A stretch of 50,703 nt of DNA, counting the filler, from Catajapyx aquilonaris (lineage: Eukaryota): the NCBI GenBank assembly GCA_000934665.2. It is 3 parts of 3 records of this genome, joined end to end, with 100 filler letters (N's around TTAATTAATTAA, not from the genome) between each part and the next. Parts side by side here need not be neighbours in the genome. Positions count along the whole stretch, not along the records: positions 1 to 16,822 come from JYFJ02007096.1; positions 16,923 to 33,735 come from JYFJ02007097.1; 1 more part is not named here. The stretch is one strand, 5' to 3'. The notes beneath the pieces were generated by a model. It was not told the DNA's origin. It saw only the letters and a list, made by a program, of their open reading frames with translations, and did no database searches. Shown one piece after another: positions 10,909-24,600 of this stretch; position 1 is the first letter of the stretch; each line of letters opens with the position of its first letter. The position numbers and the translations under genes were made by a program.

Positions 10909-13900
10909 ATGAGCGAGTTGGTGTGGGGAATCAAGAACGGAGACCTCGATCAAGTGAAGGACATAGTAGAAAACAAGGTATACGTCCCACCAGGTCAGCT
11001 AACCTAGGGATGGGGTAAACAGGGTGAATGTCATGCAGGAATTATGTTCTATGTAGTAGCATGTTGTCATTTCTTTACGATTATTGGTCTCGTAAGTGGT
11101 ATGTCATATTCATGGAATAGTAGCATTGCGCTTAGGAATCATTAATTGCTAGATCTAGAATTATTATATTTTAAATCTGTTATAGGAGTCAGTGACAGTT
11201 GTAGACCATGGCATTCTTGTCATGGCCTGCTGTTGCAGATGTGATAATTTTCATTAGTTTGTGGGCCCCTAGACCTATCAGCCATCCCCAGTAACATGAT
11301 GTTCAGTGAACATACAGGAACATCCCGTTTATGTCCTGGATGTCTGGTGTTCAGTGTGAACGTTCACTGGACTTTCCAATTGTTAATGTCATTTAAATGT
11401 GTGGCAATGCACCTACATAACGCCAGCAGCAAGATAACTTCAGTAAATGCTAATCAGTACATTATTACTTATGAATAGAGAAATGATTTCTAGGTTTTTA
11501 ACTAATTTTTATTCTGTAGGCCAGCGGTTCTCAAACTGTGTTCCGTGGAACCCTATGGTTCCGTGACACCAGCGTAGGGGTTCCGCAAAAGATTTGGAAA
11601 ATATAAAAAATAAAATTTTGTGCCTAAAAAACAGTTGCATCATTGCCTTGAAAAAAAAAAAAATTTAACGTAACCTTGCCCTACCATTTAACAACAAAAA
11701 TACTTATAGGTATTCCTAGCATAAATTATGAGTAAGATTAGGGTTCAGGGTTCCGCAAACGAACTATGAAGTAAATAGGATTCCGCTGCCCAAAAAGTTT
11801 GAGAACCGCTGCTGTAGGCAGATCACTGGAACCAAAATATCTATCCGTTTCATAACACAAGGACCTCAAAAATCATGGTTTTATAGGACCTAAAATTGTT
11901 TCAGGCGGTTGAACCTAAATGGCCTATTGGCACCGATTTCTACCTTTGTGACGCCATTCTGTAAGATTTTCGAAAGGTTTTGAGGGTTTTCCGTTCAAGG
12001 CATCCCTCCCACTTCAACCTGCGAAGGCCGAAGAAGCTGTAGGCATGAACTGGCTGTAGAAGACATTTCACTTTTCAAGTATGATCCAGTTGCTTTGTGT
12101 GACATCAAAAGGTCATTTTCAGCGTATAAAGATAAATTGTCAGACAGGTGTCGCCAACTAACCAATGAAAATATGGAACAACTGCCAGTTTGTTATGTGC
12201 TACAAAATTCCATGGCCAAGAGGAGGCTGTTTTGTGATTGTATTTGCATGCTTCTTTGGATGCATACTCTATTGTTCTATTTTTGTCATTATTGCTTTTA
12301 GCGTATGCTGTTGACATACGTTAGTAATGTACAGTTTTTTCATTTTTTATGTATTTTACATGTGCGCGATTGCAATGAGAACCATTGTTTATGTATTGTT
12401 TTCGCAATGAACATAAATTAAAATTTGCATAGGAATGAAAATAAATTAGGACCTGCTTGATTTTTACTGCCTATTTAAGAGCTTATTTTGACTATTTTCA
12501 GGACCTAAATTCCTACCTTTTAGGAGGTTTTTTAAGAACCTAAAAATCCTTTCTTTACATATGAATGAAAATAAATAAGGACCTGATTGATTTTTACTGC
12601 CTATTTAAGAGCCTAATTTGACTGTTTTTGAGACCTCTTTGCCTGGAGGGGCAAGTTGTAAATAGTTTTTTGAAAATATTTTAATACTGTTGCTCAGATT
12701 CTTACTATTCTGGAAGCTCGTTACGCTTGTATTAATTTCTATATTAGACTATAATTATAATCAAATTACTGAATTTATTAGAGCATGATTATATTAGGTC
12801 TGCATCTCTATTCCACTCTTCTCCATGCGTTAGAGGTTAGACAGATTGAAACATGATATGTGGCAAGTTCAATAATCTCCTGGAATATGATTAAATATTT
12901 GAGAGTGAATCCATAATTATATTCGAGGTTTAAAAACTCCCCTCCTGTCCACTTTATACAAGTCAAGCCTAAAGGCTGAGCACATGTACTACAGGTTATG
13001 AAAACTTCGAATGCATCATGGCTTCTTGCCAATTTTCTTCTTTACCATCATTTTCTCAATTGGTGGGATTAAAAATGCAAATGGTCTTGTAACCCACAGA
13101 TTTACATCTTGTTACCGACTTGCATCATAATTATGTTCCAATTTACCCCACACTCCATTGTTTCAATTTGTCTCATACTGCAGAGCCTTCATGGCTGTAT
13201 AATGCACATCAATTTTTTCATTATAAAATAACACACAGTCATATGCCAAAGAGCCTGACATGATGTAAATTGCATGGCTTTACATTAGTGGCATGCTTTG
13301 AAAACATAACCTCTTGGGGCATAAGGAAATGACTTGAGTGTCTGAAAAACTTATCACTCCTTTTTAAAAAATCCCACACTGATCATCACACTGCACGGTA
13401 GGCTCGGGCGCAAAGTTGCTAGACCAAAAGTCCCTTGCTGTTGCTATTTCCATATGCGCACAAAAACTTTATAATACGGGTAAGTTGACTTTGCAAATAT
13501 TTGCAAGTACATAAAATTGTGTCAGAAACAAAATGGAGCTGGTAAAAGTATTTAAATATAGAGAGCCCATGCGCCGATTACAATTCAAAAAAGTTCGCTC
13601 TTACATATCTTAATTTCCAGCTTTACAAAGATGTCCTCAACCTGATGTTACAGAAACTAAACCCATTCAAAATGGCCTCGATCAGAAGTATGTGACTATG
13701 ACATCTAATGACTATGATGTGACGTCTAATGTGTGATAATGAGCTGAACTGGCCAGCACTTTACTTCATATGTGAATGTTATTTCTTGCAGAAGATAAAT
13801 GTGAATGCAGAGGTAGATGGAAGGCGCCCAATTCACTATGCAGCTGATTATGGCCAAAGGGAAGTCATGGAATACCTTATAGGAAAAGGAGCTGATGTCA

Positions 13901-15108
13901 ATGTTAGTATAAATTTTCCACTTTTTAAAAATATATGAACCTATTTGTGATAATTTTTGAATGGAGGGAAGAATTCACGAAAATTACACTGTGTTGTGCT
14001 GGCCCCCCTTGATCAACCCCTTATGTGTAGGAAATGTGGTAATACAATATCAGTAGGATGGGGTCCATGATATGCTACATTGTTGCAGGAAGCATGTTGT
14101 CATCTGGAATGTATAATCTCGTACCTCCAGGTTTGGGTGGAAAGTATACACCATATAAATGAAATAAGCGTGCATTTTTTGCAGAATGATAGAGTGACTC
14201 AAGGAAACATTTTTTTGCCAATGCACGTGGTGCCTCAGACACATCGTTAAGTCAGAAAACGAGCTTTTGTCATGCATCATACAAACACGTCATACCCTTA
14301 GTTACCACAGTAACCGCCATGGTTACCAACATTTAGATATGTAGCCTACATGTGTGACATGTCGCAAAACAATCAACTGTTGAAGTAGTATGGTTCACAA
14401 GGTGGTTACTATAATTCGAAGATTTAGACGTGTGTGTATGACACATCACAAAAGAGTTAATATTGTTCTGGTAGCATGGTAACCATGGCATAACTATGGT
14501 TACTGAGGGTATGATGTGTTTGTATGACACATGACAAAAGCTCTTTTCTCACTTAATGATGTGTGTGAGGCACCAAGTGTATTGACAAAAAAAGTTTTCT
14601 TTTGGGTCACTATCATTCAGCAAAAAATGTGCACTTAATTCATTTACACGGTGTATAGTAGCCTTGTTCTATGTAGAGAAAAAAACCACTTTCACCAGCC
14701 TAGAAAACCTGTGAGTGCATTTCTGAGAGTCATATTAACGTCTTATCAAAAAAACCTTGTAATAATCCTAGTAGTTCTCCTGCTCCCATTTTACTGCAAG
14801 ATCTGACGTCTCCAGTCTTTCTGATATTTTTTATATCCTTTCAAATAGATAGTACGATGAGGAAGCATTAGTTTAATTGAATGCAAGGTTTATTGAACAG
14901 CATGCAACTCGAAAAATGTGGCGTCACCAACCCATTGCTGGAAAAATTAAATAGAATGGAATGTTTTCTGACATGTCATGACACTTCTGTACAATTATCA
15001 GGTTAATTGGTATCCTTGTTACAGGCGTGCGATAAGCATGGAATTAGTGCCTTGCTGGCTGCTGTTTGGGAAGGACACACCGAGTGTGTGAAATTTCTGC
15101 TTGAAAAA
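10909..15108 (+). CDS. MTPN: Myotrophin (V-1) ankyrin-repeat protein, exons 1-3; last exon not found (probably in the gap)
   Basis: Exons 10909-10977 (MSELVWGIKNGDLDQVKDIVENK), 13792-13902 (KINVNAEVDGRRPIHYAADYGQREVMEYLIGKGADVN) and 15025-15108 (ACDKHGISALLAAVWEGHTECVKFLLEK). All are phase 0 with GT-AG sites and match the characteristic myotrophin sequence. Confidence 0.92.
11522..11811. mobile_element. hAT (Charlie/Buster-like) MITE
   Basis: 16-bp perfect TIR CAGCGGTTCTCAAACT and perfect 8-bp TSD CTGTAGGC. Confidence 0.92.
11851..12563 (+). mobile_element. Internally deleted hAT-type element retaining a transposase C-terminal relic
   Basis: DISLFKYDPVALCDIKRSFSAYKDKLSDRCRQLTNENMEQL (about 12060-12185) resembles the hAT dimerisation motif (ERSFS..K..LSD.R..L..EN). 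Repeated ggaccta subterminal motifs. Boundaries are approximate. Confidence 0.6.
14149..14653. mobile_element. MITE with about 180-bp degenerate TIRs, TA/TATA flanks
   Basis: TATA|CACCATATAAATGAA.. pairs with ..TTCATTTACACGGTG|TATA over about 180 bp. Confidence 0.75.
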
Positions 15109-15636
15109 GTGAGTTTTATAGTGATATCCTAGCTTTTATTACATTATTAACATTTGTGTCTTGTTATCTATCATTTTGAAAGTTTTAAAAGTGCTCGATA
15201 GTTGCTGTCAATTAGACCTGATCGTGTGATTGAAACTGAATGAAAGACAATATGCTGATTCTTGGTATCCGTTGTGTGTAGCAATATTAAGAGCAATGAA
15301 TAACAGATCAACTGCATGTTCTGGATTTCATATCAATCAGGAAACCCAGTTTTAGTAAACTTTTACACAGATAAACTAAGTTAGGTGCCACAGTATGCAT
15401 GCAGTGCAAAATGCCCACACAATACAGCCTGATACTAACCGTATATTTTGTGCACTGATTGAAAAGTGAGGGGAATAATAGCCATTTATTGTACTTTTGA
15501 GGTATAAAAGTAACACATACTACCCAGGACCAAAAAGTTTGTTACTTGTCAGAGGTTGTATGTTTGGAATGAAACCACATGCTACTGTGCCTTTTTCCTG
15601 CAGTAATTTACTGGAAATATTGCATTTTATACTGTA

Positions 15637-16378
15637 GGGGAGACCGGGGCATGATGGCTACAGGGATACGATGGCACAGTCAAATTTTTGAAGAGGCTAT
15701 TAGGTTCACGGACATGATGCTTATGTGGTAGGTGCAGATAGACATGTTCCACATTACATCCTATTTTCAATTCAATCGCAAAAGACTGTCGGCGGCAATA
15801 CCAAATTTTTTCAATTTTTGACCATTTGAGTAAATTTCAATTGCTCATTACTTTTTCTTTTTTCTTCCAACGTAAGTGCTAGATCACTGAGCCCAATAAC
15901 TCGTTTGCAGGCAGAATATCTGCCTACAAAATGACAGCATAAATGCCCATTTAATATTTGTCACTCATGAGCAAGAGGACTAGAAAAGTTTAAAAATGCC
16001 TGCGGGGCACGATGGCACATTTTGTTTAGGGCACATTGGCATATGTCCCTACCAACCTTGGCAGACCATGGCAATTATGGAAAAGCATGGCAGCCTCTAG
16101 TTAGTCTCGTGCCTCTCCCCTGTCACTTGTTAAAGCCAGGTCCATGCAATTTTCCCAGTTGCTGGCTACTTGCTCCTTAGCTGGAGGGGGCGCTATGTTA
16201 TATCCTGCAGGCAAAATGTTCTGAATATCTTTGTAACCTCTTGTAACTATATGGGTATGAGTCGATAATCCATGTGGAAGTGATTTTCATATTATTTCAT
16301 AAGCCCTACCTTAGCCTTATATTACTGTGCCAACATGCCTCATGCCTTGTGCCATCGTGCCCAGGGCAAGGGGCATGA
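15637..16378 (+). mobile_element. Truncated second copy of the 4427-5400 element
   Basis: TA|GGGGAGACCGGGGC, colinear with 4427-5215. The right TIR is missing. Confidence 0.85.
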
Positions 16379-16822
16379 CAACTTAGGAGTAAACAGTGTA
16401 AACAGAAAAGGACAATGTTTGCTCATATTGTTGTGTGAGGGCATATCCATGGCAACAGGAAAAGTGGAAGGTTCCAGAGGCATAATTTCCTTATCCACAT
16501 AGGTTGGCGAGCCGATGCCGAATCCAAGAGCTTCGGCAAATGCCGCCAGGTGGCTGCAAATAAAAAAGGACAAAATGCGGGTTTTGCGATGGCGCGCGTT
16601 GCACATACTTATAATTTTAACAGCAACCATTTAGCCCGCTATTATGGGCAGAATATTGACCATAATAATAAAACATAATTATTATTATTATGTCTTTGCG
16701 CGCCAGATTTGAATGCGCCAAGACTGATTTCCTTCTTACTCCTCCTGGAACGCGGGTTCCGGTGCGACGGACGCTCATGTCATTGGTGACCCAAGGTGAT
16801 GCCATGCCCACGTGATGTCCAG

Positions 16823-16922
16823 NNNNNNNNNNNNNNNNNNNNNNNNNNNNNNNNNNNNNNNNNNNNTTAATTAATTAANNNNNNNNNNNNNNNNNNNNNN
16901 NNNNNNNNNNNNNNNNNNNNNN
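16823..16922. other. Artificial contig linker / assembly gap
   Basis: 44 N + TTAATTAATTAA (stops in all six frames) + 44 N. Confidence 0.97.
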
Positions 16923-17074
16923 GGTTTTTGGTCTCGTTGACGCCGCGGACCAATCATGACTCATGTAAACAAGCGCAACACATTGTTTACAGCTTGTTTA
17001 CATGAGTCATGATTGGTCCGCGGCGTCAACGCAACCAAAGACCGAAACCGTCGACGGCCTGTGTGAATGGGCCT
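16923..17074. mobile_element. Palindromic MITE fragment abutting the gap
   Basis: cgttgacgccgcggaccaatcatgactcatgtaaacaagc pairs with its reverse complement at about 16991-17031. The end GTGTGAATGGGCCT is Harbinger-like. Confidence 0.65.
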
Positions 17075-19464
17075 TCATCTTGCGTTACATTTCCCCCTTC
17101 TGGCCTGTTCAATATTGCACTTTCCGATCGACTAAATAAAGCAGATATTGCTTGAATGTGGTCTGGCCTATGCTAATTCAAACTATAAGGTGCCAACAAT
17201 AACACCTTCTATAAAATTTACTGATATGACTGATCTGGCCATGGCCACATGCACTGCTCCCATTCAGGGACTTAACCGAATCAAGAGCCCAGACTGGGCT
17301 CAAGCCACCATTATTAAAAAGCATCTTGCAGCTGAGAAGAGGTCAGCAAATTATAAGTAATGGGATGTCACTCTGCTAAAAATAAAAATAATTCTACAGG
17401 TTTTAAAATACCTCAGCATGGTACTTTTGCAAATGCCTGCCCCTGTGGACTCTTCATGTTAGTGCCGAGAGATACCATTGTAAAGCCATTCTGACAGTGC
17501 ATGTCACTCAATTGCCCAACACATAATATCTCTCTCTACAACACCATCCTACCATGTTAACATTACCTTCTAGCCAAGGCATTTTATGCACCAAAAACCT
17601 GTCAAGACTTGGGAGGCTTGAGAAAGGGGGAGGAAGCGGGAAGGCTATTGCATAAGGCCAAGGCAGGTACAATATGCCCCTTCGACACAGCCCTGCAAGA
17701 AACTCATTCACCATACCGACCTCATTAATACCCTCTAAAAACTAACCTCTTCGACAGCCATTGTTTAAGCTGAACAATGAGGTCGGTGAGGTCTTCAGTG
17801 GCAGTTATCACCCAGATTTGAAACGCTCCTCGCCACTGTCCAAAGCTTGCTCAGCCTTCGAGGCTGCTGGTCGAAAGTCTCACACTGGGAATACAAAATA
17901 GCCAAACTTTCACTCTGGTCTGGCAGGCGAATTCTACTGTCGCTAGTCGTCTAGATTCCCGATAGCAGCATGGCGGCAAGCACTTCGCAGGCGGTATTCC
18001 AGGGCGCAGCATGTACGCACCAATGCATAAAAACTGGTTTGGCCACTCGCTGCAGCCAAATATTTTTTTGCAATACTGGAAATCTGAGTTGTAATTTTGG
18101 CCGTAGCTCACTACTTCGGTCCTAGAGAAACCGTTGGCGAATTGAGATTCAAGGTCAGGGCCTGTTTGTGACTAGCGGTTCCTGGTGGTGGATTATGGAG
18201 TTGCTAAGCCCGGGTCTTATGAGTGTGTCTTCTCTCTCTCTCTGCTTTATTAAACTAATGCTAGTAATGCAAGCACTTCTTATTGCATTTTTGTCCACTG
18301 GAATTGTCACACACCATGGTTTTCATTCTCAAGAGATTAAGGTATTTGCTAGTAATGCTTTAGTAATGTTGGATCCAACAGGCACAAGAGATCTGAAAAT
18401 TGTTTCAAAAAATAACAAAGGGAAAGATACGCTGACACAGCACCTGGGTTGATGGATTATTCAACCCCGGACAATGTGGACAAAGTCAGTGGCTTGTTAA
18501 AAAGTAAGGTCGACTCAAACCTCATGCTGAGTCTATAGCCTGGAATTTGAATACGACCCACGAGTGATTAATTCATCAATGCTTCCCTGCACCCCTCTTA
18601 GATTGTCAACTTAGAAAGGGAAATACATGTATAATATGCACTGTATCAGTCATCTTTAATTATCTTACACATTAGGAACTTCTGCAACTTGAATGACAAG
18701 AAACAGTAATGGTCTTGACCAGAAAAGAGACATGTCTTGTGTCTAACTGAATTTCTGCAGCATAAGGTATAGTCTCCAACGTACAATGCTTCAGTGAATA
18801 ATGTCACGGCTGTCAAGTAAATATCCTGAATGTTCACATTCAATTACCAATGTTAAGTGAATGGAACATGACTATCCAGCACCATGGTTTGTGAGCATCA
18901 TGCAAATACACTATGAGTCACTACCTGAAAGACCTACCAAATCATACAAAAGAACCTATTAAGTAAATGCCATTTTATGATTTAATTTGTATAAAAATTT
19001 AGTACAGTAAAATTTTCTGCACTGAAGTGCAAATGATCCATGTAAGGGGAAGTAGGGCAAGTCCATATGCCACTGTACTGCACACCAGTTTAAAAATGGT
19101 CGCTAGCCATTGGGTTGATGCACAGGTTGCAGGTTGATGTGACATGGTCCACCAGATATTCCTGCAATAAGTATCTCAAAGAAGGTTATGGTCTTAATGA
19201 TTTACTCCTGTGAGCGGAGCAGTGATGTAGGAGAAGGAAAATTATCTCACTGACTGAGTATGGTAGGTTTGTGTAACTATATAAAACTTGGTTGCAGCCA
19301 GATATACGATTCCAGTAGCAGACCATAGAATAAGATAAGGAGATTACACTTTTTACCAATGTCACCAACTGCCACAGGCTGTAAACTACAGGGGCATGTA
19401 GACTTGCCCTGTAAAAGAACTGCCAGAGCAAGTCCATACACAGGATTTAGCAAAATATGGTTAA

Positions 19465-19747
19465 CCCTGGAACCGTGCCGCGGTGTCTTTTTGGACCCCA
19501 AGGAATTAAAATTGATTAAAATTATTATTACAATGAACTTTTGCCAATTTTTTTTACAGTATATAACAGGAAGTGCATGTTTATTTTGAATTAGCGATCA
19601 TTTTAGGCATAGTTCAAAGAATGATTGCATATAGTCAATACATTGAAAAGTATCATATAAAAAGTAATAAAAATAAAATATGGATGGGGTCCGAAAAGAC
19701 CCCACGGCACGGTTGCCGTAACTTTCAGGCACGGCACGGTTCCAGGG
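19465..19747. mobile_element. piggyBac-type MITE
   Basis: TTAA|CCCTGGAACCGTGCCG ... CGGCACGGTTCCAGGG|TTAA, with internal subterminal inverted repeats. Confidence 0.9.
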
Positions 19748-20109
19748 TTAAGGGGGACTCAGTGATTTATTACAGATGACAAGATAATATAGTTAAGCTC
19801 CTTTCTCTTGTTAAGTCCAAAGGGCGTGTACAGGGTGCTCTTTGCTAGTAGGACATCTGGTTGAAGGTATACTTGTTGACACAAAACATGTCTAAAATAT
19901 ATAGGGGTGAGAATTGTCAAGGCACCAACCTGTAATAATGTAGGAAACAAAAATCATTAGGTTGTCTCTAAACATGCACATGTCCAGGGGCAGGCAAATG
20001 TTTTGTTTGCCCTAGATAAGGGATGAAGCCACTTCTCTACTATAGGTTTTGTCCAACTTGACTGGCCATGTAAATGCACCATTGACTTACATGTTGAACA
20101 TGTACTGTA

Positions 20110-20331
20110 CCAGGGTGTTAAAAGTTGATGGGTCATTTTTAGTTATCACTAATATCACCCAAAGTAGTTATTTTTGTGTAGCTAGTTATGTCCCAATCCA
20201 GGTACATATAGCTGTTGCTGTACAATAGGGCACCTGGTTAGGGGCACAAGCTACACACTAACACACGCACAAAAAAAACTTCAAGCAAAATTTCCTATAA
20301 CTAAAATGCCCCATGACCTTTGAACACCCTG
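20110..20331. mobile_element. Old Tc1/mariner MITE
   Basis: CAGGGTGTTAAAAGTTGATGGGTCATTTTTAGTTAT pairs imperfectly with ATAACTAAAATGCCCCATGACCTTTGAACACCCTG|TA. Confidence 0.6.
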
Positions 20332-20683
20332 TATAACAAACCATAATAGTGTGAAGTCATAGGCCAAAGGTCTCATTACTAGTAAACAAACACTTATTGC
20401 ATGAAATTCAATACACCTAGCTCGCTGCCTCATATTTCCCGGTAAGTGAAAGTGCAGCTGAAAACCATCGAAAAAATCCCGAAATTCTGTGACTTACTTT
20501 TTGCCTGGGAAAAAATCAGAACGATCTGTCAAGGGTAGGCAAACACCCTCGCCACCATTTCGGTCGTAAAGAGTGTCCTCGCTCCTAATTGGCCAGGCAG
20601 ACCGCTCCGAGCTCTAGGCGGTGGCCGCTTGCCACCTGAGCCACCTTTTGTTGCAACTGGTGGATCACATTACCTCCATTTAA

Positions 20684-21421
20684 CCCTTAACTACGTAGGT
20701 GGAGCCTGAGAGGCTCCAACCACTATTTAAGCGCATCTAACTTTTTCATTGAATTTTGTTTTCCCCTGTCCTTCTGTGACTTGGTCAGAAAAACTTTCCT
20801 AAGCATGAAAATGAAAGAAAAAAAATTGTAGTCCCTATTGTTTGGTTGAAAAAAATTCGTAACGAGGAACAGGTCCTGCCTGGAACAGCTCAGGCTCTAT
20901 CTCGTAGGTGAAGCCTGAGCGGCTCTAACATGATGTAACCTTTTAGTTAAAATTTTTTCCCTGTCGGAATATGCTGACTCACCGTGTGACGTTTTCGGAA
21001 GCCTAATGATCTGAACTGCACTTTCTGTATTTGAAAAGTCCAATATAACAATTTAGTTGATAAGCAGAGATTTAAATATACCGTTGGAGCCTCTCAGGCT
21101 TCATAATTCATTAGAGGGACTGGGCAAGCATATAGAATTACGAGTACCTTGGATTATTACGAGGGGTGGAACGTGGAAGCCGCCTAAAAATTCAGCGTAG
21201 ATGTTGCAAGAGGATGATGTCATCATCACGTGTATAGCATATGAGGCGGTTGATGGCCTCTCGCATGTTGCAACAAAAGTTGGTATGTCTGGAAAGGTTC
21301 AGCCCCATCTCGTGCATGAATCGGGAGTGAAACCAATGGTGCCAGATCCAGTGATTTTCACCTAGGGAGCTATTTTTAAACCCCCACCCAAAGAGCGCAG
21401 AATCCAGTGGTAGACAAAGGG
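20684..21421. mobile_element. Possible piggyBac-like non-autonomous element
   Basis: TTAA|CCCTT ... AAGGG|TTAA with weak TIR similarity. Repeated GGAGCCTGAGAGGCTCC-type palindromes inside. Confidence 0.4.
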
Positions 21422-21630
21422 TTAAAAGGCAGGCTCAGGATTACCAACTTTGGAGTAGCTGCAACGTATAACATAACATTTACAGATGTGGGCTAAAATG
21501 TGAAAAGTTATGTGGGAAATACAGTAATGTTAATAGTGAAAATTATGATTTAAAACTTTCAAGTGGTTCATAATCAGTGATACACAGTATCAAATTTAAT
21601 TAGTACCATAAGGTATATACAAAAGTATCA

Positions 21631-24600
21631 TCATTCCTGAGGAACAACTTTCCCAATCCACTCCATTACTAATTGGATCTCGGTCTTCTTCATCTCGTGG
21701 AATGTGTCCCGCAGTGGAGTAAATGTGGATGCCACTCCCAACAGGTTCAGACGTTCGTGTGTGTCTAAACCCCATTGTAGACTGCTCAGGGGGTCATTCT
21801 CTCCATGAAACATAAGTAATGGTGGCTTTCGCTCTTCATCTTCCCTTTTCAGCTTCTGTAAATGACACAGACAGTAATTTGTCACTATTTAGTTAATTAA
21901 TTGGACAGGCCTGTCATAGGCCTACTGGGTACTTTTAGGGAATCTCTTATCTATACCCAACTATACAGCACACTCTAATTGAAATGTCTGATTTAGTTAG
22001 CAATTTTTCTTATCTAAGCTGATTATTTTTACAGGAGTAACTCTGTAGTAGTTATTTTTAGTCAGGGCGACACGGTGGCCGAGTGGTTAGCGCCGCAGCC
22101 TTCCACCTCTAAGGTCCCGAGTTCGATCCCTGGGTCGGACGGAGGATATTTATGTGGATAGAGTTTCGATGGGTTCTCTCCGTGTTCGCGTGGGTTTTCT
22201 CGGGGTTCTCCCGTTTCCTCCCACTATCAAAATCCATCACATTACAGGCAAATGATTAAAGTCGGATATTCAAAAGATGATCCCCCAAGAGGCCCAAGGG
22301 GCCTATCACAGGGTATCCATTATTTATTATAGTTATTTTTAGTGGATATTGACAGGATTAGCTGATTTGAGGCCAAAGTGAATCATCTAGGCCATGAATT
22401 CATAATTGGTTTGGTTGATTGGGGGAGCCAAACACCTGCAGGCCATCTGGCATAAGGGAGGGCATGAGGAGATGAGATTTATTGACAGTGGGGAAAAAAC
22501 AAGAGAACCCTGAGAAAACTCAACCATGGCCACAGAAAGAATATCCCGAAACTCTGTCCACATGAGAAAGCTTCTTCCATCTGACCTGGGAACAAGCACA
22601 GGACCTCAAAGGTGACAGGCTGTGACATAGCCACCACTCCACCATCCAATCCAGTCCATCTCTGATTAGAAAAGGCCCATTGGAATAATTGGCATTGAAT
22701 GTCAATGACAAAACATATTTTTCCAGGCTACACTCCCTTGTAGGCATTTAAAAGGACACGCAACCTAAGATTAGCAGCTAATACTTTTGAGAATTACTAA
22801 AAGTAACTATTCAAAACTACTTTAAAATAAGCAACTTACAAGGGAAAGCCGCAACCTCAGGTCAAAGGAATTGGACGATAATCGCTCAGTGGTTAAATCA
22901 CATGCGTAGAATTCACTGGTGAACGTAAAAATATGCATTAAGCAGCCATTTCCGAGGTATGAGCAACGACAGCTCAATAGCACATCCGCCTCGTAGGCCT
23001 AATCCAACAGTCCCCGGTTGCTCTTTTTTTGTCCCCCTCCCCCTCCCCGATTTCTGAATGCAAATGACAAATTGTCTCCATCTTTTTGAGCTATAAAAGT
23101 ACATAAGGGAGATAAAGTATTGTTAGTGCCCGTCTTTTGGAAATTTTGGTTACACATAACTGACGACATACAGTCTCAAACATGAAGTTTTACATTGCTG
23201 AGCATCAAGAAATCGCAATGTAATTATTTGCATCCGGTTTTCCACTTTATGCAGTTTTTCATAAGCAGGGGTAGGTACTGTACAAGCCCTCAGGTAATGT
23301 GTCAGTGTTTTAACGCAGTCCATAAGAGGCCCTGTACTCGGCTTGAAAAGCCTTGTGTTGAGATTATTGCAGTAATTAAACTAAAGCAAATGTGCCAAAA
23401 GACACTGAAATTCATCAGAATGTGCAGCCAAAAACAAAAACAGGTAAAGAACTTAGAAAAAGAGGGGAGGGGAAGGGGACAAAAAATGAGAAAAAGCGGG
23501 GACTGTTGGATTACAATGAGGATGCGCTATTGAGCGCGCGGGATCTATCGTCGCTCATGTCTTGGATATGGCTGCAAAATCCATCTTTTTATGTTCGCCA
23601 GTGAATTCTACGCATGTGATTTACCCACTGAGCGATTTTTGGATAATTCTGTTGACCCGAGGTCGCGGCCTTCCCTTGTTAGTGCCAAAAATCGCTAACC
23701 AAAACAAGCATTTCACTTGGAGCACCGTGGATATCACCTTCTTGGGGATGTCATGGTGGTGAAGTGGTCAGAACCACAGCCTTTCATCTCTTTAGTCCCA
23801 CACTCGATCCCCAAGTCAGAGAGACAATTATCACGTGAAAATAGTTTTGATGGATTCTGTCCATGTTCATAGGGGGTTTCCTTAGGGTTCCCATCTCCTT
23901 CCACAATCAAAATCTATCAGCAGCACACCAATCAACACTCAGAAATTAAAAAGAGGGTTCCCAAAGAAGCCAGAGGCCTATTATGGGATAACCAATATAC
24001 AGTGAAACCTGTGTATAGCGGAATCGCATGGGACCCCAAAAATTTTCCGCTATGGACAGGTTTCTGCTATAACCAGATCAAGGACGTTACTTTTTTTTTT
24101 TTTTTAGCTCGCGAGAAAGAGAGGAAAATAGGGAGAGCAAAAATAAGCACCTTACTTCAATATGGTGCAAAATCCTAATTTTGCCTGATCCATTGTACCA
24201 TCAGCCCGGATTCGGGCAATAAGTTATGTTGAATCCGTGTCAACCCCTTCCTCCTCCCCGACATAACTGGACTGAACCGCGAACTAAAAGGCACCTACGA
24301 GTCACATGAGTCACATCTTCTTGGCTTGTCCCGAAAGCCGATTTTCGAGTTTCTCAAACAAAAATTGTCCCCCTCTCCTCACCATTTATCTTCAAGGCCA
24401 CAGGCCATAGCAATTCCAGAAATTACTAGACACACGTGGTCCAAAAAGAGTTACTCAGAGGCCACCTGGAATTGCCGAACCCGGCTGTAGTTTCTATTTT
24501 TGTGACTCGCAGGATATAATGCGAACCTTTTCATTTCCGCTATGAACAGGGATTTTCTCTGAAGGGAGCCAAAAATCCCTTCCGTTTCCGCGTTGGGCAG

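Noticed and set aside
16867..16878. TTAATTAATTAA as a biological motif (also 33780-33791)
   Set aside because: It is centred in symmetric N runs and is a synthetic six-frame stop linker.
16923..21600. Myotrophin exon 4
   Set aside because: No acceptor followed by a GA.K...PDG-like peptide was found by eye. It is most likely in the gap.
22065..22140. tRNA gene (also 6595-6670, 9895-9973, 27515-27593)
   Set aside because: A and B boxes are present, but each continues into a SINE body with a TSD, so these are SINE heads.
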